A DNA stretch of 64,000 nucleotides, taken from Amphiscolops sp. MND2022. Its lineage: Eukaryota. Below the pieces are notes generated by a model, which saw only the letters and a list, made by a program, of their open reading frames with translations, ran no database searches and was not told where the DNA came from. Of this stretch, positions 22,345 through 36,500 are shown one piece after another. Positions within the stretch are counted from its first letter, which is position 1, and the number at the start of each line of letters is the position of its first letter. The stretch covers positions 8,060,001 to 8,124,000 of the forward strand of contig OZ076410.1 in assembly GCA_964187785.1 (NCBI GenBank), written 5' to 3'. Made by a program: the position numbers and the translations under genes.

Positions 22345-22665
22345 TTATTTTCCACCCACATATTATGGGTTGAGGAAAATCATAATCTGTATTGTGTTCT
22401 TTTCCAAATTCTGCCAAATCTCCACGATCTCCATAAATAAATCTCCCAGTCAAGTAGTGGATGGAGATTGTGGAGTTCAAGTAACTAAAATAGTCAAGAT
22501 GCATGAACTATTTTAGATGCATGAACTCCACTTAACTGCACGTCACCATGGCGCTGTTGGTAGTGCGTCTGCCTTGCAGACACGAGTTCGTGGGTTGGAA
22601 CCCGGGCTGATGCGTTATATTTTTAGCGGAAAATATCCCGATGCTCAACGGACGTCTTGTTTAAT
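22345..22665 (+). repeat. Family 3 copy with tRNA-Ala(TGC)-like segment
   Basis: TGGCGCTGTTGGTAG..GTCTGCC-TTGCA-GAC..GGGTTGGAACCC; tail CGGACGTCTTGTT. Confidence 0.55.
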
Positions 22666-22941
22666 TTAAAAACTTATCAGGACAAAAAGTCGTTCAGATG
22701 TTGTGGAATCCACACAAAGCCAAAGCCGTCAATTTAATATATAATTGATGTTTTTGTTGTTGAAAAATATAGTAAAAACTTGTTTTATTCAGGAAAACCA
22801 CTTTTTGGTTAACCCTGGTTCAACTATCAGATCTCACTGATTTTTGAAATTCAAGTTTATATTTAAAAAGGCTGAGAAACTGTTTTTTGTACACCTCAAC
22901 ATTGCAGATTTGCGATGGTATGGTGCATTTATTAAACTGAC

Positions 22942-23119
22942 CCAGATTGGATTGGGAGATTTTGATGGTCTGCCAGCAGATGCCAGCTGAGTTCTGGATC
23001 TTGCACATGTACAGACCACAGTCCTGTCTGCTCAGCTTGGTGATCATGAGTGTCGAGTAGTACTCGCTGCTCTTCACATTGATTCTGCCATCTGAGCTGG
23101 GCTTCAGATCCACGTTGCC
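22942..23119 (-). CDS. Exon: C-terminal half of last Ig domain
   Basis: GNVDLKPSSDGRINV..STLMITKLSRQDCGLYMCKIQNSAG (DxGxYxC); tttccag / gtcagt; 178 nt, phase 0 to 1. Confidence 0.9.
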
Positions 23120-23199
23120 CTGGAAACAAGACTTCAAAGTGTCAAGTATTTTTTTACAGTACCAGAAAAACCCAGAAGTTGGAGCGAATTGGCGCGCCA

Positions 23200-23345
23200 G
23201 GGGAACCCTTGGAGATTTTTCATCCATTCTGTCGCAAATTATTTAAAAACATTGAACAGTGGAACCTTTGGTGAAAAACTGTTTCTGAAAAAATCTCACA
23301 AGGCCGAAAAAAACTGAAAGGGGGGACCCTTTAGTCTCGTCCAGT
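23200..23345 (-). repeat. Family 2 fragment
   Basis: AAAGGGGGGACCCTTTAGTCTCGTCC is the reverse complement of the 25400-25430 motif. Confidence 0.6.
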
Positions 23346-23539
23346 TTTGTGTTATGCTAAAAAAGAACTTTTATAGTCCAGTTTCCTGGGCCAAAAGATA
23401 CAATTTGGGGCCTCAAAATTTTGTAGAACTTTAGAAGAACTATTTTGGTCACTTCAGGTGTATCGAAAAAAAACACTGACCAAAAGCCATTACTATAGTA
23501 AACTCTGGTGTAAGGAGTAAAGTACCTATTTTCCCTATG

Positions 23540-24059
23540 ATCACATGCAGAGCTTAAGTCCTTCTTTCTGAATTTCATTTTCGGGTCATTCCAAACATTA
23601 CCAAACCCTCGCTAATTTGATGACGAAGCCGTCCCAGTGCCGTTTCGGTCCAAAGGCAAAGTACCCATTATGTTTGGTATTTCAGATACCACCGTATCAT
23701 TTATAGCTGAACTAATGGCCCTATTGATCTCCGGTTGCATCAGGCTCATTATTGAATCCATTTATTGCGACAATCTAGCATTCTTCTCGCTTGACAATAT
23801 CTCAATTGACTCTGCGAGTCCATCTGGCCTAACAGGGCCAATTCCAATATCGATATCCCTGATCTCATTTTCCTGAGATGAACTTCCTCTGTTAGGTATG
23901 GACTCAAAGTCCTGGTGCCTATTCGGGCACTTCATAACATTATCAAGGTCTCTTTCTAAGGAATTTGAATTCCCATCACCTGGCAGTTCGTCCATGTTGT
24001 CGTAAATGGACAAAACATCCATTTCTCGCCTTGGATTTCTGTCTTTTAGTCGATGGCAT
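23540..24059 (-). pseudogene. Intronic relic ORF, probably the 5' gag-like region of another LTR-retrotransposon family
   Basis: MPSTKRQKSKAR..MDVLSIYDNMDEL..ENEIRD..RLSQ*MDSIMSLMQPEINRAISSAI.. with stops and a frameshift; it cannot be spliced into the host frame. Family assignment is from recollection only. Confidence 0.45.
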
Positions 24060-25189
24060 ACGTGAGAGTTCAGGTGGAAGTGTTTGAATTATTCCTGTAA
24101 CTTATATTTCAACCTTTTGAAGTTCCAGAAATGTAACTTTCTTGTAACAGATCATGCAACAATTGGGTGTTTTCGTGGCCGTCCTGGGTTTAAAAACCCA
24201 ATTTTGCATGACACTCAAGAAAATTGAGAGTCACAATTCTATAAATAACTTACTTGAAAATAGAAATCGTCACTCCTATAAATAGCATCATGTCGTCACC
24301 AAGAACTTGCGGGCGCGGCAACTTCAAAGCGCTTAACAAAGGACGACGGGTGGGTTGATTAAGCTAGTTCAATATAAGGTGAATATTACATGTGTTCAGC
24401 AACTTTACATGTTATTGCAAATCATATCTGACCTATACGACCAACTGTCTCGGTGGGCTTTTCAGGTTATAGCAACAAAAGAGGGGGGAGCACAAGATGG
24501 TAATACCAGTTGTTATTTATCATTTACCAGTCAGGACATCTACTCATGCCAGGCTCTATTTATATACTTGTAGCATCAGTACATTTTACTTTTAGTAGTA
24601 GCAACAACTAATTATATATTTGGACTGGTTAGGCCACGTAGCCTTACTCGTCCGTTCCGATTAATTACAATTATGCTATAATATCTGCAAACAAAGCTAT
24701 GAGAGTATCAAGGCCCTAAACACTATTCAGTTATAATTCAAGTGCTTATTATATCAGTGTTACTCACTGTGACATATTGAATGTCATAAACTAAAGTTCA
24801 TAACTTTTCGATTGCACTAATGAATAGATTGCACTAATTTATAGATTCTATCACCGGCTCTTTTCTGTTACAACCCCCCACCACAAAAATTTTTGAAAGT
24901 TAATTTCCTTTGAATGTTCAGACTAGAAGTAAAAGCTTCTTCTATAACAGAAAGTTAACGTCTGTTGAAAAAGTTTTTTGTCTGGACAAAAACTTTTTCA
25001 CACAGTTCAAGTATAAATTTGATCGTATTCTTCGTTTTTTTGTGACACAAAACAGGAAGTTGTGTATTTTTTAATCAAAAATGAGTGATTTCATAAGGAA
25101 AATTTAATATCTCAATTCCAAATTGTCATACTGGAAATGAAATAAAAATGAGGCTTTCTGGTTTGTATTCGAGTCTCATTTTACTAAAT

Positions 25190-25681
25190 TTTTTGTCGGC
25201 GCTTTTTTAGTGAAAAGTGCCCGACACTTACAGTGGCTAGTTTTTTTTCTTTTTTTTTCGTCAGACTACAATCTCACTCTGATTGGGCCACTTTTCTTAC
25301 AATCGAAACTACTAAAACTACTAGCATAAGGCCAAGTCCGGTCAGCGGAAATTAGTGCAAAAGGGTCCCCCCTTTCATATTTTACTATTTTACCGTAGCC
25401 TACAAAACCGGACGAGACTAAAGGGTCCCCCCTTTCAATTTTTTTCGGCATTGTGCGATTTTTTTTCAAAAATTTTTTAATGTATCAAAAGAGTCCCCCT
25501 TTTGAGTTTTTTAATATTTTGCAACAAAATATATGTTGATAAAGCCCAAAGGGTCCCCGCCTTTTACATTTTTCGGCACTATGCGACATTTTCTGAAAAA
25601 AAATATTCAATTTTTTTTTTAAATTTTTTGCGCTTTTTGAGCCTTAGATATAGCGCCGACTTTAGACGTTCCCGTCTTGTT
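25190..25681 (+). mobile_element. Helentron-like family 2 copy
   Basis: GTCGGCGC (25195) / GCGCCGAC (25653); stem-loop GACG-TTCC-CGTC; terminal TTGTT. Confidence 0.6.
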
Positions 25682-25857
25682 ACTATTTCCCCCAAAAAAA
25701 TTGGTGGTGGGGCAGAAAAGAGCCCTATCACCTCTGTTTTGAGCACAACTCCAAACCACCGAATGGCCAATCTAATAAATCACTGATGAGCTCTCAACTT
25801 TGATATTCATGTCAGAGAGAAAACTTTCGCGGTCAATGGAAGATTCTTGGGTCTCAC

Positions 25858-25977
25858 CTTCATCCATTGGAAGGTGGGCGCGGGTTCAGCCATGGCCGAT
25901 ATGGACAGCACGGCTGTTCCTCTTTCGTTCACCTCGAAGTCTTCTATCATCGAGAGCATCTTGGGTGGCACTTCGAC
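25858..25977 (-). CDS. Exon: N-terminal half of last Ig domain
   Basis: VEVPPKMLSMIEDFEVNERGTAVLSISAMAEPAPTFQWMK; ttttag / gtgaga; 120 nt, phase 0-0. Confidence 0.9.
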
Positions 25978-26002
25978 CTAAAACAAAAATAGAGGTCAGC
26001 AC

Positions 26003-26442
26003 CAGTGAATTGTGCACGATACACGACAGGATACACGATTTTTTGCTTTTTTAATACACCAATCTACACGATACACGATTTTTTTAAATACATATATGTA
26101 TACACAACAAATACACGAAACACGAAATTACACAATAATAAAATTGAGCGCGTGTATTTGGGACGCAGCAAATGTGCCAGTAGTTTTCAAAAATTGATCC
26201 TTGAAATTTTAGCCATTCCAGCAAGCTCAGGAGCAGTCGAAATGCTATTTTCTCAATGTAACATACGAAGCGCGAATAGAAGAAACAGTATGTCGCCAAA
26301 AAACTTCGAAGTTTTTTTTTGTTTTTCATTAAAGATACACGAATGTACACGAAAAAACACGATTTTTTCAATTACACCAATACACGTCACGGTTTTTGCA
26401 AATACACGATACACGAAAAACTTGATACATGACAATTCACTG
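26003..26442 (+). mobile_element. Internally deleted hAT with dimerization-domain remnant
   Basis: TIR CAGTGAATTGT / ACAATTCACTG; decayed 8-bp TSD (GTCAGCAC vs GCCAACAC); ILAIPASSGAVEMLFS..RRNSMSPKNFE; many ACACGA subterminal repeats. Confidence 0.85.
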
Positions 26443-26923
26443 GCCAACACCCTAGGTTGACAAAAATATAATTCCTGAAAAAATCTTGCAAGAGGTCTTG
26501 CAAGATCTTGCAAGTCAATGCATTATTCTTGCAAACTGTCTTGCAAGCAACGGATTGCAATTGCAAGATTCTTGCTCAATCATTCTGTTTTTTCGGATTT
26601 TTTAAATTATGGTTTTTTAAGACCATTTAATTATGGAATAAGCTTCAAACTGTACAGCAAACCCACAAAAAGTGGCAAAACCCATTAACAATCAAAATGG
26701 CAAATAAAGAAAACTGTTCCTTTTATTTTTCCAAGAATCATTTGTTTGATGATATTCTCAACTTTGGCGATATCTTAGTGTTATCGAAATCCCGACAAAT
26801 CAGCACAAATAACCTAACAAAAGACAGAAGAACCGTTAGAGAATTCAAATTTTTTAACCACAAAATTTACGTTCCTCTTTCGATTTCAGCCTCAGTACTG
26901 AAAAAGGTCTCTTTTTAGCTTAC

Positions 26924-27221
26924 TTTGAATGACGTCATTTTTTCGACTGACGTCACGCTCTCGCCAGAACTGGACTTGTGTTTAGTGGTCTTCGTGTCCA
27001 TGGACAACGTCATTCGGATGTGCCTAAACTTGGGCATCTCGGGTTTCTTGTTCGGCGGCTGGATTCTTCGCACTCGCTGCACGACGTCTTTGGAGATGGC
27101 CCCGACTTGTTCTAAGTCGCCCAGAGACAGATCCGAGGCAATCTTGTCGTTGTCGGGTTTGTAGCCAGTGGCCTGAGCGCGTTCGGGTTTCATTCTTCTC
27201 GATTGTACTCGCTGGATTGAT
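26924..27221 (-). CDS. Exon: basic linker (SIQRVQSRRMKPER..KMTSFK)
   Basis: tttccag / gtaagc; 298 nt, phase 2 to 0, matching both neighbours. Confidence 0.85.
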
Positions 27222-27572
27222 CTGGAAACATCCAACTTTACATTTCCATCAAAGGTGTATAGTTTGCTACTTCAGAGAGAAGTAACCGGCGTTAGAATAC
27301 ATTCATTTTAAAACTTTAATTTTACATATGATACACCCGAAATAGTCGAATTGTGAATTAATTCATAAAAAACGCAATATGCTTCAAAAAATTTCAAGAA
27401 AATGTTTTCACACTTAATCAGTTTGGCAACATTTTTTTGGGGAAAACAAAAAATCCTCTAATAGATTGATTGTGGAAATGCTACTTTTCTAAAGTTAAAA
27501 AGGAACAAAGAATTGAATACAAATTCGTAAAAAAACTCAGCTACCAGTTTTTCAAGGTTTTTTCTTTCGAAC

Positions 27573-30500
27573 CTGATAAGAATTGGATCGCTGGCAGCAG
27601 ATGAAGACCCACCACTGCTGGACTCCTTGTCAATCAGATCCAGACATTGTTCTGACATTGCCGGAGAAACGACCAGCGAATCGACAGAATCGGCCTTAAT
27701 TGTAACCACTTTTCGTTGCGTCTGCTTCACAACCCCATTTGAGTTCAAAGGTGACGTACATCTCGAATTTTCTGGGCTACTTTCATCGCTACCGCTCTCG
27801 CTCGAGTAATGCACGATAAACATTTCATCTTCGGCTAGTTGCCTTATATGGTCCTTGATAGCAGCTCGCTCGTACGTCATTGTGAAACATTGGCAAACGT
27901 TGCTCTCAATCACGGCTTCCTTGGCTTCTCTGTTTGTCAACAAGTCTGTAAACACTCGTTCTTTTGCGTCTACATACTTGTGGGGCAGTTCGTCTCGGTT
28001 GGTGGTTTTTTGATGGTACTCGACCATATTAGCCAAAGGTAGTCTTTGTAACAGATCAAAATGTTGGTCTCGTCTCAAGGATTTTTCACTGGCCAGTTGC
28101 GATGAAACCGAAGATTCGTGTTCGCTGAAAGTATTCAAGCTATTGAAGCTCTCGTGTCGGTCGATGCTTGGAACGTCGTCTAAACTTACGCTAGGCACAT
28201 CCTCACTGACAGTGTGGAAACTCAGAGCTCGGTTCGTGCTGTTATCGGCAGTTCGGTAGCTGGAACTCGGCAAAGAGTCTCTCGCCGTTCGGTAACTTTC
28301 CGAATCGCTAGCGTTGGGGTCTCGCCTCGGCACAACGTTTGCAGGTTGCGCTAATTCTGGTTCCGTTTTCGGCATCACCGTTACCCTAGAAACAATTTCT
28401 TCATCCGAAACTTGCTCAGGAATGTGGATGCTAACTTTGTCGCCAATTTTACTCTTTTTGGAATCTTTGTAAACCGGAATTTTTGGTTTTTTCGGTTTCT
28501 TGGTCCTGAAGTTAATGACCTCTTCTTCAATGATAATGATGCTCTTTTGGTTCTGGGTTTTGACTCGTTTCTCTATCTCGCATATTTCGATATCCTCGAA
28601 AGTGGTGATTTCGATTTTGTCGTCGCAAGCCACGAGTTCGGCATCGGAATAGTGAGTCGCTTTCGACAAATATTTCTCCAAATCCGACAAACTTTCAACT
28701 TCCGACTCGGGTGGCGTTACATCCAGAGCAATCGCGAGGCGTTCGGCTGCAGTAACCACTCCTCGTTCGCTCGCCAGCCAATCAGAAAGTCGGATTTGTT
28801 GCTCGTTTGCTTTCTCTGACATTACGTCATGGTGCGTTTTCTCGCACGAAAGTAGCGGAATTGTCTGAGAGGACGAAGAAGCAATTCGTCTCGAATGAGA
28901 ATCGTCGAAATCAAAATGCTCGTTTGCTTCGCAGCTTCCCAAATTTTCTTCGCCAACTTTTTGCTTTCTTTCTTCTGGTGATTCCAAAATATTCTGGGAA
29001 TCTAGCGAATCGATCAACAAATGTGGAGGCAAAAACGCACTCTCGGTTTCAGCAACTTCGAACTCTTTGATATCTTCTTCTAGAAGTTCATCTTCGCTAC
29101 TTTCACCAGCCGGTTTTTGCATACAGGGCTGACATTCAACATCGTCAACGCTCTCTTCGCTGATATCCGAATCCTCGATTTCCAGGAAATCTTCGAGATC
29201 ATCGTCTTTGCAGACTCCAGGCTTCTCAGCTTGAGGGATATCTTTGAAAGCGCACTCGTTTTCAGGAACGTCAATTTCATCCAAATCATCTTCAGAGATT
29301 TCGCTTTCGCTACTTTCTGCAAGTTTGCCTTTTGTTTCCATGTCGTCAACTTCTTTCTCAGGTAATTCTTCTTCACTGACATCAGAACCCTCAATTTCTC
29401 CGAAATCATCAGCCATGCAAATCCTAGCGAGGCTCGTCACAGGAGAAGGAACTTCGTCAGTGCTCACTGGTGCTTCGTTTTCTTCAACAGGCTCCATGTT
29501 AGACATCACAGGAGATGGAAGCTTTTCTTCGCTAGGAGCTTTGTTTTCAACAAACTCGAGAGGAGTTGCTTCTGCTTCTACGTCTTCGAAAGCTTCAGAT
29601 GATTCCTCGCTACTGGGTTTGTCAATAACAATAAATTTATCGTCGTCTTCTTTAGCTTCAAACAGCTCCGGTTCCTTTTGTTGTATGGCTTCAGGAAGTA
29701 TCACATAACTGTTGTCCAATGCCCGCATAATTTCAATTTCTTCGGCCTGTTGGCTTGGAATTCGAGCTTCATCTAAATCTCTCAATGCGTTGACAGATGC
29801 AAGTTCAGATTCCGAGGGTTCTAACAAGTTGGTTAAAACTTCAATGACAGAGGCACTTCCGCTGGCCAATACAGACAAAGTAGATTTCACAACCTCCACA
29901 GAACTTTCACCGGCTGTGGGTTCTTCTAATGCTGCGGGTGCTTCGGTCAATTGGATGTCCTCGGTTTGTTCGGTCATCGAATCTGCCATTTCGACCAAGT
30001 TTTGAATTGCCGACGCCAAATCTGACGATTCAAGACTGAACTCGGCTTCATCTTCTGGTGTTAAGTAGAGGTCTTCAATCGGGGATCCGACTAACGAAGA
30101 GTCTTTACTGTTTACACCACTGTGGTCAACGCTTGTCTGTACACTTTCAGTTTCCAATGCGTCCAAAAGATCAGCAGATGCAAGCAAAGGCGCGAAATTT
30201 GAACTCGCGTCAATTTCTTCATGAATCATATCGAAGGCGTCCAGTGAATCAGTTTTGTACAGCGAACTATGAACCGATTGTTTTGCTGTTTCCATATTTT
30301 CAGAAGTGAGCGATTCAACTGGATTTTCCGTTTCAGTAGAACCAATTGATTCGAAAAATTCAACAGAAATAAAATCTGATAGAGTTTCACCTGTCGCTTG
30401 AGCCTCTAGTTGACCAATTTCAGCTTTTTCTGTTGGTTTTGTTGCTCTCACCGATTCTACAGGAACTTGACTTTCAGCAACTTCAACAGGCTTTAGTTCC

Positions 30501-33500
30501 TCGATTAGTGAAGCGTCTTCTTCAAGACTTTCAGCAACAGTTTGATATTCTAGCTGGGCGACTTCAGCTTTATCCATCGGCTTCACGTCTGCGTTCTCCG
30601 ATTCCGCCGGAACTTGCGCTTCTGCAACTTCAACAGGCTTCAGTTCCTCAACAACTGAATTGTCTTCTTCAACAGTGTCAGTAACAACTCCACTTTCAAA
30701 CTGAGCTACTTCAGCTTTCTCCATTGGTTGTGATTCTGCGTTCTCCGATTCTACAGGAACTTGTTTTTCTGCAACTTCAACGGGCGCCAGCTCCTCGACT
30801 ACACAATCGTCTTGAAGAGTGTCAGTAACAACTTGAGATTCTAGCTGGGCGACTTTAGCTTTCTCCATTGGCTTCGCGTCTGCGTTGTCCAATTCCACAG
30901 GAACTTGCGCTTCTGCAACTTCAACAGGCTTCAGTTCCTCAACAACTGAATCGTCTTCTTCAACAGTGTCAGTAACAACTCCACTTTCGAACTGAGCTAC
31001 TTCAGCTTTCTCCATTGGTTGTGATTCTGCGTTTTCCGATTCTACAGGAACTTGTTTTTCTGCAACTTCAACGGGCGCCAGCTCCTCGACTACACAATCG
31101 TCTTGAAGAGTGTCAGTAACAACTTGAGATTCTAGCTGGGCGACTTTAGCTTTTTCCATTGGCTTCGCGTCTGCGTTGTCCGATTCCACAGGAACTTGCG
31201 CTTCTGCAACTTCAACAGGCTTCAGTTCCTCAACAACTGAATCGTCTTCTTCAACAGTGTCAGTAACAACTCCACTTTCGAACTGAGCTATTTCAGCTTT
31301 CTCCATTGGTTGAGATTCTGCGTTCTCCGATTCTACAGGAACTTGTTTTTCTGCAACTTCAACGGGCGCCAGCTCCTCGACTACACAATCGTCTTGAAGA
31401 GTGTCAGTAACAACTTGAGATTCTAGCTGGGCAACTTTAGCTTTCTCCATCGGCTTCGCGTCTGCGTTCTCCGATTCCACAGGAACTTGCGCTTCTGCAA
31501 CAGGCTTTAGTTCCTCAACAATTGAATTGTCTTCTTCAACAGTTTCGGTAACAGTTTGGTCTTCTAACTGAGTGACTTCAACTTTCTCCATTGGTTTCTC
31601 TTCTCGGCTCTCCAGTTTCACAGGAACTTGCGTTTCAGCTGCTTCAACAGCGTCTAAATTCTCACCAACTGAATCGTCACCTTCAACAGTGTCAGTAACA
31701 GCTTCACTTTCTAACTGAGCTACTTCAGCTTTCTCCATTGGCTGTGCTTCTGTGTTCTCCAACTCTACAGGAACTTGTGTTTCTACAACTTCAACTGGCT
31801 GAAGCTCCTCAACTACAGAGTCGTCTTCTTCAAGAGTTTCGGTAACAACTTGAGTCTCTAGCTGGACAACTTTAGCTATCTCCATCGACGGAGCTTCGGC
31901 GTTCTCTGATTCTATAGGAACTTGTGTTTCTGCAACTTCAACAGGCGCCAGCTCCTCGACTACACAATCATCCTGAAGTGTGTCAGTAACAACTCGAGAC
32001 TCTAGCTGGGCGACTTCAACTTTCTCCATTGGCTTCGCGTCTGCGTTCTCCGATTCTACAGGAACTTGCGCTTCTGTGACAGACTTTAATTCCTCAACAA
32101 TTGAATTGTCTTCTACAACAGTTTCGGTAACAGCTTGGTCTTCTAACTGAGTGACTTCAGCTTTCTCCATTGGTTTCTCTTCTCTGCTCTCCAGTTGTAC
32201 AGGAATTTGCGTTTCAACAGCTTCAATAGACTCTAAATTCTCACCAACTGAATCGTCACCTTCAACAGTGTCAGTAACAGCTTCACTTTCTAATTGCGCT
32301 ACTTCAGCTTTCTCCATTGGTTTTGCTTCGGCGTTCTCCGACTCTACAGGAACTTGGGTTTCTTCAACTTCAACAGGCTTTAGTTCCTCGATTAGTGAAG
32401 TGTCTTCTTCAAGACTTTCAGCAACAGTTTGATATTCTAGCTGGGCGACTTCAGCTTTATCCATTGACTTCACGTCTGCGTTCTCCGATTCCACAGGAAC
32501 TTGCGCTTCTGCAACTTCAACAGGCTTCAGTTCCTCAACAACTGAATCGTCACCTTCAACTGTGTCAGTAACAGCTTCACTTTCTAACTGAGCTACTTCA
32601 GCTTTCTCCGTTGACAGAACTTCTGAGTTCTCCGATTCTACAGGAACATGTGTTTCGGCAGATTCAACGGGCTTCAATTCTTCGAACACTGCATCGATTT
32701 CTTCAGTAAGTTCATGAACTGATTGAACTTGTAGCGGAGCGACTTCAGCATTCTTTCGGGATTGAGCTTTGGCCTTCTCCGTCGATTCGAGAGGAACTTG
32801 TGTTTGTACAATTTCAACAGACTCTAGTTCCTCGACTAGTGAATCGTCTTCAGCAGTTTCAGTAACAACTTGAGACTCTAGTTGGGTGACTTCAACTTTT
32901 TCCAATGACTGAGCTTCTGCATTTTCCGATTCTACAGGAACTTGGGCTGCTACAGGTTCAACTGGAACCAGTTTCTCAACAGCAAAGTCAGTTCCCAAAG
33001 TGTCTGGGCATACTTTCACCTCGGCCTGCTGCGTTGTAACTAATACCTCGGGTTTGTCATCGCATTTTTCATCTTCATTGGGCTTCACAGAATCTGGTAT
33101 TTTCTCCAACTCCTCCACAAACGAATCAATGTCTTCCAAAGAACCGACAAGATGTTGGTGTTCTTGTAGGATGTGCTCTTGAGGTTTGCTGATCGCAGCT
33201 TCAAGTTCAGCGTCTTCCTTTGCGTGCAACTCATCTTCTTCCATTATTTCTTCATCTTCGCTATCTACTCGTGGCTGTAACGCTTCTACAATTTCTTGAC
33301 CCTTCATGAGCTCTTGCGCTTTCATGAGGTCCATGTTAACAGCCTTTAAGAACAAACTTTCTGGTTCAATGTCAAAGCTCTCGCAAGACGATGCGTTCAG
33401 CTCAGAAACTTCATCACTTCTCAAATCGAGAGATCTTTCAGAAAACTGGAAATCAAACTCAGTTTCGGCCTCCGTCAGCTCGTTCAAGGAATCCTCAAAA

Positions 33501-36500
33501 TCGAAGGATCCCTTGCTCGAGATGGTTTCATCTTCAGTGATTTCAGTAATTGTTTCTAGACTTTGTTCAAGGTACTGCAAGTTCTCAGTTGAGAAGTTTT
33601 GAGGTTGCTTTTGTTGTTTCTGGGCATTTTGTTTCTGCATTTCTTCAGCCACTTTGCAAAGATCCTCGTCAACATTTCCGTAATCGTAATCTTCAAGATT
33701 GTCATAAGATGACGCTGGGCTTGTTTCAGTGCTTGGTGGGTTCACTAAAACTTGGACCTCGGACTCAACAACTTCCTCGGAAGCCGGAAGTTTTTCAGCG
33801 GCAAATTGTTCAAACTTAGCTTTTGTGGTCTCTGTTTCTACATCTAAGAACTTCGTTTCATTTGCAGCTTCTGGGCTCTTGAGCTTGGCACTGCAGAAAA
33901 CAGTCTTTGATAAGTCCGAAACTTGGGCCTCAGAAACAAGATCACTAGAATCGAAAACTTCTTCGACTTTGATCTTTTTGTTTTCATCTACAGCTTCGGG
34001 ACTCCATGCAGCGCTAAGATCGAAATTTGTTTCGGCGAAATCTGCTGTAAACATCTCCTGTGGAGCTCCCAATGTTTTAATATCAATACTGGATTGATAC
34101 AAAGCCGATTCTCGATGCTCAGCTGTGTGTTTGGTGTCAAACATTTGAGCCGTTTCTTTTTCAGGGCTGGTGATGTCGTCGAGTTGGTAGAACTCTTCTC
34201 GGTTTATGTCTAAAGTCGACGAATAGCCGAAACTTTCATTCGTCAATTCAACTTCCGTTTTTAGCTCGGTACAAAACAGTTCAGTGAGATCCGAATGCTG
34301 TTCATCGGCATTCGTATATTCCTCACGTTCACTCAAGCTGTGGGTTGAAGCTTGCAGAACGGAACTCGGTTTCGTTACTGGTGAAAAGACGTTTCTATCA
34401 GGTTTCACTGAGCTAGTTTTAGGCGCGTGGCATTCGAAGCTTTCGTAAACATTCGCATACACAATGAAATCTTCCATTGAACTTGCACATGATTCATCGT
34501 AAGCTTTCGTAGTTAAACTAGATTTCAGAGGCTTGCAACTTTGACTGAAAGAGTCAATCACAATTTTAACGTTTCCTCTAACTCGACGAACAATTTCGTT
34601 CTTTGAAATTTGAGTTCCAAGTGAAATTCGCTCAGGGCATGTGGAAACATCCTCTTCTACAGTAATTTTTGTGGTTAAACAACTAGTTTGTGTCTTTGCA
34701 CTGTCCGTTTCAACAACGCATTCGTAGTTTCCTGTATCGTTTTTGTCGGCATTCAAAATGACAAGCGAAGTGTATTGGTTTTGCCATTTCAAATTCCGGT
34801 TTACTCTGAACTTTTCATACAAGTCTGTCGGTAATTCCTGACCATCTTTCTTCCAGACCAAATTTGCATTTGGCGATGACGCAATTTTCACCGAAATATG
34901 GACATCGTTTCCGGATTTCAAATAATTTTGTTCAGGGAGATCTGATAAGAACACAGGCGCCGCATCCGGGATGTTTCTGTAATCATCCAAAAGCGCAGTT
35001 ATACTCTGGCTCGTCCAAGCATTCTTCTTCGTAGCGTCAATCTTATTCAAAACTTTCTCCGCTGTGAGAGGCGACAAACTTTCGGCACTTCGAATTGGGA
35101 AAATGAGTTCATCATCATCAATTAATGACTCATTTGAAATAACCCGAACCAACGTGTTCAACTTTTTCCTGGCCTCATCATCCGGGAGGTCGATTCCGAT
35201 TTCGGAAATGAATGACTTTTCTAAAGTGGAGAAATCTGATTGGTCAATTTGGATTCTAGTTTGAACTCTTTCTTCGCCCCAATCGTTCACGGCTCTAAGG
35301 AGATAATTTCCCTCATCTTCTGGATTGCAGTTTTTGATAGTCAAACTTGCGGTTTTGGTTCCCGAAGGTGCTTCGTCAACATTTACCTGTAACCTTGAGC
35401 TGAACTTGACTGGCTTCCCGTTTTTGTACCACATGTAAGCCGCGTCATCAGAAGCCGCAATTTTCACGTTCAATTTGACGTCATTGTTCTGCTGAATATT
35501 CACCTTCGACGGGTACTTTGTCAAAATGGCGGGCGGTGCCTCGAACTGGCGGTATTCCTTGACGTAGCAATTCAGTGAAACATTACTCAGGTATTTGGTG
35601 GGAATCAAGTCATAGGAGTCCCCACTTGACAAACTCCAGTTACTTCCGTCGAGCGAACCCTTGTTGACTCTACGCCGTTTCACGAAGCCTTTTCTGGGAG
35701 CGACCTTGAAAACTGTCGCTGGTTTATGTTCCGTCATAGGCTCTTCGTTGTAATTATCTGTCGATGGCCATTGAATGCTGCCTTTAAGCACTGGTTTTTT
35801 GGCTTTGGTGATGCTCTGGTACTTTGGTGCTTTGACAGAGGCGTGTACAATGTTTCCGAGATTGTCAAACTCCATACTACCACCCAAGTAGTTATTTTCT
35901 GAGATTTTAATCAAGACATGCACCTTCTCAGTTGATGAGAAAGAAGAACCTGAAGAGAATGTCTTAGTCGGTTTGTTGAAACCCATAATGGGAACCTCGA
36001 TCCAATCCACAAACTTCGAATCAGGGGCACTTTCTGAAACTGGACTTGAAGTGTGGCTTCTGAACGTGGCTCCAGTGTTGCCTTGTACATTCATTGAAAC
36101 GTTCTCTGTGGACAAATGTTTGTCAACAATGCTTCTAATTTCGTCTTCAAGCAGTGAATCGCATCGCGACATTGCGGATGATACAATGTTATTCTGACCG
36201 ACGGTAGCTGATGTTTTGGACCTGGCTGCAAAAGTAGCAATTCCTAAAACTTTAGGCGCACATTGGTTGAACGATGTTGTTTCCGGTATATCAAGTTCAG
36301 CGTCTTTGCCCAAAGCTTCAGAACTTCTGGAAACTTCAGTTTTTAACGTGTTTCCAACAGCATCCACGTTTACACACAGTTGTGTTGTATGTTTAGCGTG
36401 CAATGGGTTCCTTTCGGTAACAACTTCTTGTAGCAAATTTTCCCAAGAAAGGTGTTTCTCGTATGAAATGCCTTCAGTTTTTATGTCTACAGTGACTCTT

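Noticed and set aside
18885-22605. Functional tRNA genes
   Set aside because: Acceptor stems and B-boxes are degenerate and embedded in a dispersed repeat.
23762-24022. Exon of the giant gene
   Set aside because: The flanking exons already join to form one Ig domain; this segment has stops and a frameshift and looks like a retroelement relic.
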